In this document: one piece after another, positions 40,010 through 52,173 of the stretch
Layout: the number at the start of each line of letters is the position of its first letter
How positions within the stretch are numbered: position 1 is the first letter of the stretch
Origin: Antedon mediterranea
Lineage: Eukaryota; Animalia; Echinodermata
Length of the DNA stretch: 64,000 nt
Reading direction: 5' to 3'
NCBI RefSeq assembly: GCF_964355755.1
Contig: NC_092671.1
Span: forward strand, 18,042,001 to 18,106,000
Program-made: the position numbers and the translations under genes
Notes under the pieces: generated by a model
What the model saw: the letters and a program-made list of their open reading frames with translations, nothing else
Databases searched by the model: none
What the model was told of the DNA's origin: nothing

Positions 40010-43000
40010 GTAAGGAAAAAAAGAAATCAATAAATTATGATTTATTTAATTTCTGCTTGTGCACTTTAACACATCACTGCACATTGCTTCCAGTTCTTTG
40101 TGGTATTGTTAATAAAATGTGTCAGAGATTATCAGAAATATTCATAAACTAATGTATACATTTTTTAGTTTATTTTTCTATTTGAAAACCATATCGCATC
40201 CTTTGGTCATAAATAAACTCTAGATTACAATTTAAATGTATATCATTAAATTGATCCATAAAAATAAAATAACATACCATTTATATACACTTTATATTCA
40301 CAGAGGTCCATATACTTCTCTCTGCCTGGTCTGCCCTCAAAATACAACTCACAAGATCTTTACATTCTTTTCTGTTTTGTTATTTTATTTGTTCACAGTT
40401 TATATATTGAATATACAATATTTATAAATATTGGTTCTTTTTGCAGCTTAAGAGTTGTATCTTATAATATATTGGCGGACTTGTATGCTGATTCAGATTT
40501 TGCTAGAGATGTTCTCTTCTCATATTGCCCACCTGATATTCTCCACATTGATTATCGAGAACAGTTACTCTTGAAAGAAATTACAGGTAAAGTAGTCAAC
40601 ACTTTGGTTGTTTTCGGACTGTAAAACGTGTAACCTAAAATTACTCTCAGGACTAATAAGACAAATCGTTCGGATGACAAAAATTACAAATGGATGTAAA
40701 CTCGATAACATTTAACCAGCAAGGTCATATGTCATGTTTCTTTTTAACAACATAAGGTCAACTTGCTCCTTATCTTAATCGTCTTGTGGTGGTTTAAGGT
40801 GAAAAAATCCACCAACTGAGGTAGGTTTTTAAAACAGCTGTTTAACTTTTTATACCCAAGGGAAGCCACATGCGACCATTACATATGTAAATTCTAATTT
40901 GCATATTAGTTTCGTCATTGGCAAATCCTTGCAATGAATGTTTGAGACCAGAAATGAGATTTTATCCTAAAGAATAATAAATAAAGTATATTATCAGAAG
41001 CAAAGAGTAAGGCCTGTAAAATGTGTTTGTTTGCTAATAACCACTGTTTGCTTCTGCATTATATGTACTTGAAATGTCTGACAACATTGTAGAAAAAAAA
41101 ATTTTCAATACTGCTGTTTTTATTTATTGCTTTATTTCCAATAGTAGATTTCATGTCAACTGAACATAAGATAGTCACATATTCTAGCTATTATGGTTAA
41201 TTCATTGTTTAAGGTGTAATACTACACTGGATCTATTATAATTCTACATTGTTATTACAACTGTTTATTTGTTACAGGCTACAATGCTGATTTAATCTGT
41301 CTGCAGGAGACAGGCAAAAGGTTGTTTGAAAATTCACTAGTTCCAACATTGAAATCGCAGGGTTTGGAAGGCTTAATATGCTATAAGCATTTACAACCAG
41401 AAGGAGAAGCTATTTTTTATAGAACATCTAAACTAAGGTAATAAATCAGAAACTGAGCATTTTAATTTTAGGGGGACAATGTATCTTTAATGTTTCAGCT
41501 CATATTGAATATAGAGATAACTCAAGATTTGATATGCTTTTTTGATGTCATTAAATTACATCTAGGTAATGTCTGGTGTATGCTTTACCTACAGTGCTGT
41601 ATTTACACAAAGAAATAAAACAAATTGTGGAAATTATGCAAATAAATTTTAGGGAGACATTTATTCGAGGGAGGCGTTTTATTTTTAGAGTAAAAATTGT
41701 ATCAAAATGCTAAGTAAATTATAGATCATGGCAGTCAATCAATTCTACTACCAATAGAAGTGTGTTTTGATACATTGTGTGAATACTGTATGCATGTGAC
41801 GGGGCGTTTATTCAAGATGGCCATTTATCTGTGCCATATTAATTGCACCCTTAGGCAAGATGCTTTACTCTCATCGCCTCGTCGGATTCGTTTTTCCCAT
41901 GTACATAGTGCACATTAAAGAACTTGGAAGTACACTATTCGCCAAAAGTAGGGGATCGCCTCCTGGTGTGCTGATCTGGTAGATAGGCACTGCTGGCTGC
42001 CATGGATCCAAATTTAGCTTGAAGACAAAATATAAATATCTTTATTCAATTAAACACGGTAATATACAGTACTGTACTATGCATTTATGTTTTTTCTTGT
42101 TATTGTTACAGGTTTATAGAAAGTCATGATATCGTTCTTTCTGAAGCATTTCAAGCAGATGGCCAATATGATTATCTCCGGAAAGCTGTTTCAAATAATG
42201 AAGGAATGTTGAAGCGAATCACTTCCAGGTCCTCTGTAGTTCAGGTACTGTAATAATATAATATTATTAATGTTGTATAAGGTTATACAAAGAAATTAAC
42301 TTTAACCAATTGCCAATCATGTGCAGGGCTAGAAATTTAAAAACCTTTGCTAGTTGTATAAAATCCAACAAACAAAATAAGCAACCCAACTAGCCAGCAA
42401 ATGTGTTGGTTATTTAAAAAAAAGTTGAATTTACAGAAATTGGCAGATCAAGTCTAAAAAAAACTAAAAAGTAACTATAAATATAAAACAAAAATTACAA
42501 CCAAACCAGCCAACTTCAGTTTTTTACTAAATTTTGTTTTGATGAGAGTGGGCCATTTCCTAATCCAATATGTGTTTCTCATTAAAAGCAATAGGCTTAA
42601 TCAGTTTACTCTGTAAATCTTTTGATTTTGAATGATATTAGAGAAAGACACAAAATTTGAGTGAGTTTTAGAGTGAGTATAGTCAACGGGAACCCAGTGT
42701 ATTACACCTCTTACTCGAATGAAACACCATGTATAATGAACTCAGCTGATATGCCTATGTTCGCAGCACTGTTATTTTGTCTTTGGAGTATACTTGTCCA
42801 TGTCTCCTGCATGCTTGCTGGTGGCTGAAAGTCTAATTCAGGAATAACTTTAGAATAACTGCTTTAAAAAATAAAAATTTACAATGTAACCATATCCTTA
42901 ATATTAATGTGTCTGTTTCCAGGTGGCAGTTTTTGAGGAGATAGCTAACCCCTCACGTAAGATATGCGTTGCCAACACTCATTTGTACTTTCACCCGCGT

Positions 43001-45038
43001 GCTGGCCATGTAAGACTCATTCAGACAGCTGTCATAACACATCACTTGGAACAGCTGAAGAAGATTTACAAAGAACAGGTAGGCTTTCAGAGTGTATCCT
43101 TGCAACACAGTAAATTTACTATGGCGTTGATTTACTGACAATGTTAATTCCAAACTTCAGATAACTTCACATCAAGAAACCATTCACATATTGTGTGAAA
43201 ATGAAGTACATTTTTGCAAGCAGTTTCAGAGAAAGTACTTTCATCATTCAACTTACAGAAATAATTCATTGGTGAAATAATTTTTAAAACACAGCCATAA
43301 TAAATTTAATGCATTTTCCACAAGTTTGTATCCCCACCGTCATACAATAATAGTTGCATCTTGTACATCCAGTTGATTCCAATATCAGTTTTTGGCACAA
43401 ACAGTTTGTTGATTAATGAATTAAAACTAATGCTTGGTTCCCACGCAACACAACAACGTAATGCAATGTAAAGGATTTGACCAATTACAAATGATGGACT
43501 ATTCAAACTGTCGCTTGTCATTGGTCAACTCGCTTGCATTGCGTCTATGTTCTTGCGTTGCATCATAGTGGGATTTTTAAGGTCTATGTTTTTAAAGCAA
43601 GTCAGCTTTCCATTTATTTTTGCTTTAGTGCCTTGTCATCTATAGTACTACCCCCAAAGTCTTTCTGAAAATTAAATAAAAGCATTGCAATGTCAACAAT
43701 ATTAATTGGGCCGAATCATCCCTGGGCTGAATCTGCTATTTTGTGAATTTTTCTATGTTTTTGTTATAAGGGCCCCATTGGAAATAAGCTTTTTTAGCTT
43801 TTTGGGTAATCCTTTGTATGTTGATTGTACCAAATAACACAAACAAAAACAAATCGTCCAAGGCCGAATCATCTCTGGGCCGATCTTCCCATTCCAAATC
43901 ATCCCTGGGCTTAATCGCCGTCCCTGCTACCTTTAAGACACTCTGAAATATATGTTCTTTAGTTCTACCATCAGTGTAGCAACCTAACAGCAATATTAGT
44001 TTTTTTTATTAGTAAATTATCATTCAAATAAATATTTTATCTTTTTTCAGAATGGCTGTGATAACCTGGCAGTGATATTCTGTTGCGATCTTAACAGCAC
44101 ACCAGGTGCAGGTGCATTTGAGTTGGTTTCAACAGGTAGTGTGGCTAAGTATGCAGCTGATTGGTATTCAAGTAAGTATATTGAAGAAGCATGCACAGTA
44201 TACTGTACATGGTCTAACTATTTAAAGTTTATGTCAATTAAAACTCAATGTTTTGATAATTTTTTTTATTTTTAGCTTGTGATTGATTACATATTTATGC
44301 TTAACCTAGTTTAACATAAGTGCACAGAATGGCTTCAAATCGTTTTTAGGATCATTTCAGGCCATTTCATGCATTTTGACAAATGTAAACAAAGTTCAAT
44401 AGTCCTAAATCCCATTTGGATATGTTTTAGGCAATTGTGATCATTATGGCAAATTACTGTACATATTTTTGACAGAAAAACATCAAGTGCACTTGAAAAT
44501 TCTCTTAAATCACCATTTGATAACATATTAGGCCATTTTGAGCATTTCTTCTCTTCTTTCTTTTTTTTCAGTTTAGCATGGAGATTATTTCGAACCATAA
44601 AACACTTTATAGAAGTTTTTTGTTGATCCAATATTTATATATTGGATAAATTAAAAAAAAACACTTTATTTTCTATAATTTAGGATCCAAATAAAATCCA
44701 AAATAAATCATGTTACTTTGTAGATGATTAAAGACATAACATTTGCATAATAATGTTATTTATTTTTAGGTGGAAAAGAAGAATTTTGTGGCGGTTTGGC
44801 AATAAGCCATAGCTTAAAGCTGAACAGGTGTTACTCGTCGACAAAATACACAAACTATGTATCTGGATTCCAGGGTGTTCTTGACTACATCTTCTATGAT
44901 CACCAGTATCTTGATGTTGAGCAAGAGGTGCCATTACCAGAACATGCTGATGTCATCCAGCATACAGCTTTACCAAGTCAGGTCTTCCCTTCTGACCATT
45001 TGGCATTAGTTAGTGACCTTAAGTGGAAAGAACAGTAA
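39063..45038 (+). CDS. PDE12: 2',5'-phosphodiesterase 12 (mitochondrial deadenylase, EEP/CCR4 family); 7 coding exons, 641 aa
   Basis: join(39063..40009,40447..40586,41278..41437,42112..42244,42923..43078,44051..44171,44770..45038) = 1926 nt. All introns are GT-AG with consistent phases. Motifs: MERVNVRC, LRVVSYNILADLY, GYNADLICLQE, VANTHLYFHP, DLNSTP, YTNYVSGFQGVLDYIF, PSDHLALVSDLKWK. Confidence 0.96.
40447..40586 (+). CDS. PDE12: PDE12 exon 2
   Basis: TTGCAG|...LRVVSYNILADLYADSDFARDVLFPYCP...KEIT|GTAAAG. Confidence 0.95.
41278..41437 (+). CDS. PDE12: PDE12 exon 3
   Basis: TTACAG|GYNADLICLQE...EGEAIFYRTSKL|GTAATA. Confidence 0.95.
41848..42035 (+). mobile_element. SINE remnant (body and tail) in PDE12 intron 3
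   Basis: CCCTTAGGCAAGATGCTTTAC and GTGCACATTAAAGAAC resemble conserved central domains of tRNA-derived SINEs (recalled, not searched). Confidence 0.4.
42112..42244 (+). CDS. PDE12: PDE12 exon 4
   Basis: TTACAG|FIESHDIVLSEAF...RSSVVQ|GTACTG. Confidence 0.92.
42325..42565. mobile_element. Degenerate relative of the CAGGGCT-ended element at 54211
   Basis: CAGGGCTAGAAATTT...CTTTGCTAGTTGTA.AAAAT matches the left end of 54211-55547. Confidence 0.5.
42923..43078 (+). CDS. PDE12: PDE12 exon 5
   Basis: TTCCAG|VAVFEE...ICVANTHLYFHPRAGHVRLIQ...KEQ|GTAGGC. Confidence 0.95.
43428..43580. mobile_element. Palindromic MITE copy in PDE12 intron 5
   Basis: GCTTGGTTCCCAC...TTGACCAAT...ATTGGTCAA...TAGTGGGA. 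Confidence 0.6.
44051..44171 (+). CDS. PDE12: PDE12 exon 6
   Basis: TTTCAG|NGCDNLAVIFCCDLNSTPG...DWYS|GTAAGT. Confidence 0.95.
44770..45038 (+). CDS. PDE12: PDE12 exon 7 (last coding exon)
   Basis: TTTTAG|GKEEF...YTNYVSGFQGVLDYIF...PSDHLALVSDLKWKEQ*. Confidence 0.95.
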
Positions 45039-45196
45039 AACCAATGAAAGAAAAAAATTAGAAGAACTTTATAACAAAATATTATTCCATTAATTTTTTG
45101 TTTAAAAAGTAAAATGAAATAGACATTTATGAACATAGCTTTTAAGTAACAAAGAATCAAATACTTATAACACTGGTAAATAAAAAGTAAATTTAA

Positions 45197-45781
45197 AGGC
45201 CAGGTGCGGGCAAAAAATTTCTATTGATCATACATTCCAATAATTATCGATCTATAGTTTCCCCTATGTTTCATAATTTTTGGGATTTTCTTTGTGTTAC
45301 AAGACCTTGTTGAAAATAAGCACTTTCTTATCAGTGGGGGGATAGTTCAAATTACACAGTAAAATCTCTATTCTTTTGTACACAAATTTTGTAAATAGAG
45401 AGGCATTTTAAAAAGCTATGAAAAATAAACGGTGTGGTAAAAAATGTTATCAGATGACTAAATATAGGTAATATAACTTGAATATTACATTTCTGGTATT
45501 TTTATTCAACTTCAAATTTTTATTTTCATGCGATAGCAAAAATTATCCACCGTATATCCACCATCTTTTTTCACCTGCTAGGGAGTCACCAGACATGTTG
45601 TTACATTATGTTAACTACCTAACTACTGAAAAAAGTCTTCCTGGTTTTTATGGAAGAATTTTGTATTTGACCATATCAAGGGGGAAATTCATGTTTTTTC
45701 ATCTTGATTTCTGTTACAAATATTTGATTTATGTACAATTAACCAAATATTATATTTAAAATTCATGCCTGTACCTGAGCT
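45197..45781. mobile_element. Kolobok-like non-autonomous DNA transposon (TTAA TSD, AG...CT ends)
   Basis: TTAA|AGGCCAGGTGCGGGCA...TGCCTGTACCTGAGCT|TTAA. The adjacent duplicate (45946-46105) lacks the insertion. Confidence 0.7.
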
Positions 45782-45945
45782 TTAAAGTATTTGTTTCTGC
45801 TTTATTGATACAATTTATATTATAAATCAAAAGACAAATTACTGAAAACATTTTGTGGGTATCAGTGGATGGGTCTCAATGGAGATACTAATAAAATAAG
45901 TAAAAAGCTAAATCAAAACCAAGACAGTAAATTGTTTTGAATATA

Positions 45946-46105
45946 TTATAACACTGGTAAATAAAAAGTAAATTTAAAAGTATTTGTTTCTGCTTTATTG
46001 ATACAATTTATATTATAAATAAAAAGACAAATTACTGAAAACATTTTGTAGATGGGTCTTAAATGGAGATGCTAATAAAATAAGTAAAAAGCTAAATCAA
46101 AACCA
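45946..46105. repeat. Second copy of a local duplication (copy 1 = 45165-45196 plus 45786-45922)
   Basis: Near-identical TTATAACACTGGTAAATAAAAAGTAAATTTAA...GTATTTGTTTCTGCTTTATTG...GCTAAATCAAAACCA. Confidence 0.85.
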
Positions 46106-47007
46106 TTTTTATTCCAACCATCTTTAAAGAGGGTAACACATTTTTCCACCTATTATTGTTGCAATAGTATTTATATTTTACCTGTTAAAAAATGAAAAAT
46201 ACAAAGTACTTAGTTTAGAACACAAGAGTGTGATTTACTTATCATTTTACACTTTTTTTCCCCTCAATTTTTTCTCTTCAAAGTTTTCTGTTAAATTATT
46301 GTTTTCCCGGGTTACTCTAGCACGTTTCTAGATTCTAGATAGATTAATATACTGGCATCTGATTGGCTAAAAGTTATCCAGTATCTACTGTGAAGAGAAC
46401 TACTAATTAAGTTGAAAATAATCGATCTGGTCAACTACAAAATCGGTATTGTATCATAGTAATTGGTAACTGGTAACAATCCCACCAGTATCTTATGGGG
46501 ACTTCCTAATCTGAGAAGGTCGCGAATAAATGTGTGCTAATTATACACTGGTTACGAAGAGGCCTACTTACTTCGATTAGGTGCTGGCATGACTATCCAC
46601 TTTTCCTTGATCTTGTTTACAGCCCTTCAAGGTTAAAACAAATTATTTATACAATTTCGGCATAAAAAATAAATACATATAAAATATAATTTGAATGATG
46701 TTATTAAAAGAAAAAAAATTATTTAGTTAAAAATAAAAAAGTAATAAAATAATATTGTTTTTCTTCAATATTTTGGTGCTTTAGAAATTCATAGGCCTAC
46801 CGAATCATAGGCTAACAACAACTTGTAAAACCTTTTAACACTACATTGTGATTTTATTAATTAAATTGCATAATTGTAATGAACCGTGGTCGAACGATAA
46901 GGTCTACAAACAATAAAAGAAAAAAAAACATGAATCTTTTAAAAAGTAGGCCTACACCCTATACGATATAGGCCTACATAGGCCTACGATATCACCAGCA
47001 GGGAAAT

Positions 47008-48960
47008 CATTTCAATTCATCGACATTTTTATTCCATAATCAAAATAAAACATATACATACAATACAAATAATAAGAGAATGTAATGGGATACAAAATAA
47101 GCACAAGGTGCTTTAAACATGTAATCCTAACAAAAAGATCAAACAATTAGTACAAACAAAAAAGAACAAACCAAAATAACATAATGTGATTTACTTAACT
47201 TAAATATTTCTATTGTTATAATATTGCTTTAATCTCTGTTTAAACAAACTTAAAGTGGGGGATTGTTTTATATAATCTGTTAAATTATTCCAAATATGTG
47301 TTCCTTGGTAGGAAATACATTGCTGTCCGACTTTGGTGCGTTTTAGTTGTGGACAGTAGTTTATGGAATGAGGCAGATGTACTAAATAAGTTATTAAATG
47401 ATTCAGGTAATAGATTATGTTTATATTGATACATAAAAATATAGCAGTGTGTTTCGTATAAAGGTCAAAAATATTTAATGTTTGGGTCGAAATAAAAAGT
47501 GGATGAGAAGGATGCATAAAATGAACATGACAAATATTTCTAAGTGCTTTTTTCTGGAGAATATGTATACGGTTTAAATTTGTAGCAGAAGTAGCACCCC
47601 ATACTGTGATAGCATACGTTATTCTAGGTAATATAAGTGCATTGTATACCGTTAACAAGATTTTACTTGATAACATAGACTTCACTTTGTTTAAGACACC
47701 AATTATTCTAGAAATACTGTTTGCTACCTCATTTACATGAAAATTAAACGATAAAGTTTCATCCAGAAATAAGCCTCAAATGTAACTTCAGTAGCTTTTA
47801 CAATACATTCATTTCCCATCCTCAATTCTATTGAGGTAGTGGAAGCTGACTTATTTCTAGCCTTAAATATAACAAATTTTGATTTGTTTACATTTAGCGT
47901 TAATTTGTTAGCAATAAACCAGTCCGAAAGTATAGATAACTCCTGGTTCATTGTATCAAAAGCTTGACTAATATCATTGTGACTATAAAACACATTTGTG
48001 TCATCTGCATACATAATCATGTCTACATGGTTACATGCTAGACTAATAGCATTAATGAATTTAAGAAATAATAATGGACCCAATATGGATCCCTGAGGAA
48101 CTCCAGTGTTTACTGTCATTTTACTAGTAAGTAAGTATTAACAATGAATGTGTATTGTATAGTCTTTTTTAAGATAGTTTGAGAACCAGTTTAGCGGAAC
48201 TCCTCTTATACCATAAAATCTTAACTTATCTAATAATATATCATGATCGATTGTATCAAACCAGGGAGTTGTTTATTTTACAACTCCCTGATCAAACGCT
48301 TTTGATAAATCAAGGAAAACTCCTAGTGTGAACTCTTTATTCTCAATAGCGTTTGTGATTTTTTCAATCGATTGTATTAAAGCATGACTAGTTGAATGGT
48401 GTTGTCTAAACCCATATTGTGTTTTACTCAGTAAACGTTGTATTTTGAGAGGTAACAAATCGTTTGATCATACACAATCCTCTCAAATATTTTTGGAAAA
48501 AAAGGGTAAAATGGAAATAGGCCGATAATTATTTGTATCTGAGATATCACCATTCTTAAATACCGGGATGACTTTAGCAATTTTTATATCAGCCGGGACA
48601 CAGCCCGATGATAATGACGTATTAATAATATGCAATAAAGGTTTTAAAATAAACGGGGAAGCAGATTTTATGAGTTGGGCACTTATACCATCATGGCCAG
48701 GAGAAGTATTCTTTGTGTTTTTAATATAGTGGTTAAGTTCATGTTCAGTAACCGGTTTGAAAAACATTGAAGAGGTAAAATTTCTCTTTAAGAAAATTCT
48801 GTGCGTGATTTGATCATTTTGACATTCATGCCTAAATTTATTATTTAGTTTTTCTCCAATATTAATAAAAAAAGAGTTGAATGCATTAGCTTTCTCGTCA
48901 TTATCAGAGAAAGTCTCAGTACCCAATTTTATTTTTGTAGGCAAATTGGTAGTCTTTTTC
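47008..48960 (-). mobile_element. CR1/L2-group LINE ORF2 remnant (RT and C-terminus, frameshifted)
   Basis: SPGHDGIS, KIAKVIPVFKNGD...NYRPISILP, QYGFR, FLDLSKAFD, GVPQGSILGPLLF, MYADDT, ILPRITYAITVWG, IWNNL. A 3' UTR extends to about 47010. Confidence 0.93.
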
Positions 48961-49445
48961 CTACTCATTATATTTTCGGCATATTCCTGCGCCATAATTG
49001 TAGATAATTCTTTCTTTTTCTTCATGTCCGCGTCAGGTAAATCTTCAGTAATAAATACGTTTTGTGATTTACTTTTTAATTTTACTTTTCCTAGTTTTAG
49101 GACTTGGTTTCTTTGTGGACGGTACAGAAATTTAGCTATTATATGCCTCGGTTTATTATCTAAACGGCGTTTCTCGAGTCCGAGTTCTTCGCGTAGTATA
49201 CCTTTTTATAATAAGTCCTGGGTGTTTTCTGTAGCATTTTCTATAACTCCTTCAAACCTTAGATTAAAACTCCTACTGTATCTTTCTTGTTTTAGGATTG
49301 AATTTTCCATGTCCGCCATTTTATCTTGATAAGCCGCCATTTTGTTTTCATACCCATTTTCTTGATTTCATTTCCAATTTTTTTTATTTCATTCTTCGTT
49401 TTGTTAGTTGAATCATGCGCATATTCCACACTTTTTTCTAGATCT
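48960..49445 (-). mobile_element. LINE ORF1-like remnant (coiled coil plus RRM/CTD) joined directly to the RT region
   Basis: The minus strand reads ERYSRSFNLRFEGVIE...KPRHIIAKFL...RNQVL...VFITEDLP...KKKEL, typical of L1-type (Transposase_22-like) ORF1. Confidence 0.65.
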
Positions 49446-49533
49446 TTGAAATCAAGAAAATGGAGGAGTATGAAAACAAAATGGCGGCTTATCAAGATAA
49501 AATGGCGGACACTTGAAAATTCAATCCTAAAAC
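49289..49533. repeat. Inverted duplication with arms of about 82-87 bp and a spacer of about 76 bp
   Basis: 49289-49370 is the reverse complement of 49447-49533 apart from two small indels. Confidence 0.9.
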
Positions 49534-50484
49534 TCAGTTGTTTCCAGTTTGGTAAGCCTTTTGTTGTAGTTTTTTGATTTTCTAGGACTTATCTAGTTTA
49601 CCATTAAGTTGTTCTTGGATACTAACATAAAATAGCCTACTCTTATTATCAAACCGAAAGATTTCTTTTATAAAAACAGAGAGCAAATGCAATTTTTAAC
49701 CCTTTAATAACTGGTCATTCACATTTAATCAGAAATATCATATTTTAATTATATTTACAAAATTGCAGGAATTTTCCAGAAAAAAAAGGGTATTTTCTGT
49801 AGACACTTTGACAAAAAAAATTACAAAGAAAATCATGAAATAAACTTAAAGCAGAAGGCCATTCGCAATTGCCATCCATTTGCAAACAAATCATTATAAT
49901 AAGCCATTGTTGTTATGTAAAATATTGCGTATTTGTATTTGTATTTGTGCGGGGGCGAATCAGAGATCCGGTTTCGTTTTACCAGGAATAAAGGTGAGAT
50001 TAATGTACCTCCTCAAGGTAGTTGACCGTTATAAAAAAGGAACAGCGACCTCTATACAAACACTAAGTCAAAATTGTTGTGGCTGTTATTAAAAATATAA
50101 GTATGTACTTACAATGTATACAGGGTTATTTTTATTTTGTACAAAAATAGGATTTTATTACGATGAGATTAGACGTAATGTAGATGTACGTAATATTAAC
50201 TCTAATTTAAAACAAAAGCGATTTAACAAACACCTATATTTATAAATTATAATAGACATTCCATTACAATGACTAAAACAGGTACAAACAATACAATACA
50301 AAAAGAGACCACTTTACTGCTTTTCGTCATTTTGTAAACATCACTTTTTATTTGTTTAAAATGTGTGAATTAAAGAAAATATGCAATTTTATACAGACTG
50401 TGAAAATATAATATATGCGTAGTATTAACATTAACAGTTATTGAAATAATATATTGAAAAAAATAAAACAAAGTGGAACTATTT

Positions 50485-50694
50485 CTTATCGCGAATCATA
50501 TTCGCGGTTTTACTTCACCACCGATTGGCGTATGTAGATTAAATTCGCCATCTTGATTATTGTTCAGTTGCGTCGCTTAGTGTGTGGTGGTAGTGATTTT
50601 TCTTCATTTTATCAAGAATATTATACAAAATTAACAATTTTAAGCACTTAAACATTTCTCAAAGGACAAGGGCTGTTTAGGCCATTTACTCAAG
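50485..50694 (+). promoter_or_regulatory. CTNNB1: Putative beta-catenin promoter and non-coding exon 1
   Basis: CpG-containing patch with a CGCGAAT..ATTCGCG palindrome, a reverse CCAAT box (GATTGG), a YY1-like CGCCATCTT and a perfect donor AAG|GTAAGT at 50694/50695. The TSS cannot be determined. Confidence 0.55.
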
Positions 50695-51265
50695 GTAAGT
50701 CTGTCAAATGTAATACCAAATTAATAGTTTTCTTTACATGGTGTTTGATGTTTAAGTTTGGGCACTCAGATGTATCCTTAATACCGGAAGAGAGATGATT
50801 TTGTTGAATAGATGGGCAACTCACCAAGGTAAATTTGTCTTGGAAATCAACGCCCAGACAGAGATTAGGTTCAACGTCTTAAAAGACGGTTTATTTTTGT
50901 TTTATATTATACTAGTAATTGATTCTTTTTGTTCTGTCTATTTATATAGATTAGTAGTATATTTAATTATTATTTGTAAGTGTAAATTAGTTAGGCCTAC
51001 TGTAAATGTTTATTTTAGGCCCTGCTGCTGGATCAGAGTGTGATCTTGTTTTGACCAGCAGTGGCGGCAGTGCCCAGCTATCAGCGTGCTTACTGTAGCT
51101 AGGCCTATAGTTTTGGGGGATTACCATAGTACTATAAACAATATTCTTTACACTTCAATTTTGGCTCGGGCTAAATAAAATAATTTTAATAATCACACCG
51201 TTTGAATTTTGTTATTTATCACTATTTTTTATGTGCAACAATTCAAGTCATTTGTCTAAATTTAA

Positions 51266-52173
51266 CACTTTGACTGCCAAACACAAAGATCTTCGTGTTT
51301 TGCGTTTTTTTACGAAATCCGGTAGATCGGTTAATTATTGGTATATACTATAAATATGAACACTATATTCGGTTTGGACCGGGAATATTTTACTATTTGA
51401 AAGTAAGTAATCTGGTTACGAACGACTGTCAAAATGGTAAAATAACAAACACCGCGCATCACAGTAGCGCGTAGAGCGATGGCTTGGCGCATTGTGTATC
51501 GGTCGCGCGCTAGCTATGCCGCCGAAGCATTACAAAGGTTTTTGTGGATTGACATGTTTGTTTGTTATCTGAATAAAAAATAATGGAGTCAATTTCAATA
51601 TAAAGTCTTCAATTTTATTATTATATGTATACCCTAATTGTTTTGGTGTTTTACTGAAAGTGACCGAGTTTCACGCAACAGACTTGTTTTGAAATGGTTT
51701 GGATATTATCATCAGTTTACTATCTAGGCTAGGCCTAGTCGTCGTAAAACGGTTCCGGACCAACTTTAGGCCTGGTTAACTAGGTCTGGTGTCTTTACTA
51801 TGTGGATTTTGGCGAAACATTGATGTAAGATTATGATTTATAAAATGTAATACATTTTTCGATAGTGATAACTTGTTTTTATAGGCCTATCGGTGCCGTG
51901 TAAATAACTTTTTCGTTGTTTGTTGGTCTCACCGGGCGATATTTTCATATTGTGATGTCTTGCACAAAATCGCAATTATCTCTTGCGCGAAACTACGAAA
52001 AACTAAAAAAGTGGGTTACTTTCATTTTACTATTACGATTTACATTGCGATTTAAATATATAAATTAGATCACATACATAGTTTCAATCAGCTTTAATAA
52101 AAACATCGAATTGGGCTAAAAACGCTGGCGGTGGCAGTTTCTAACTGGAAGAACCTCTGGCAGTCAAAATGTG
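51266..52173. mobile_element. piggyBac-like non-autonomous element in beta-catenin intron 1
   Basis: TTAA|CACTTTGACTGCCA...TGGCAGTCAAAATGTG; the right TSD is degraded. Confidence 0.6.

Noticed and set aside
39063-40013. 316-aa ORF as a stand-alone gene
   Set aside because: It is exon 1 of PDE12; it ends at a splice donor and joins in phase to the catalytic exons.
43705-43930. GGGCCGAATCATCCCT motif repeats (similar inverse motifs at about 54480-54525; also CTTAGGTCTT repeats at 38500-38580)
   Set aside because: Probably subterminal repeats of decayed MITEs; ends and TSDs could not be defined.
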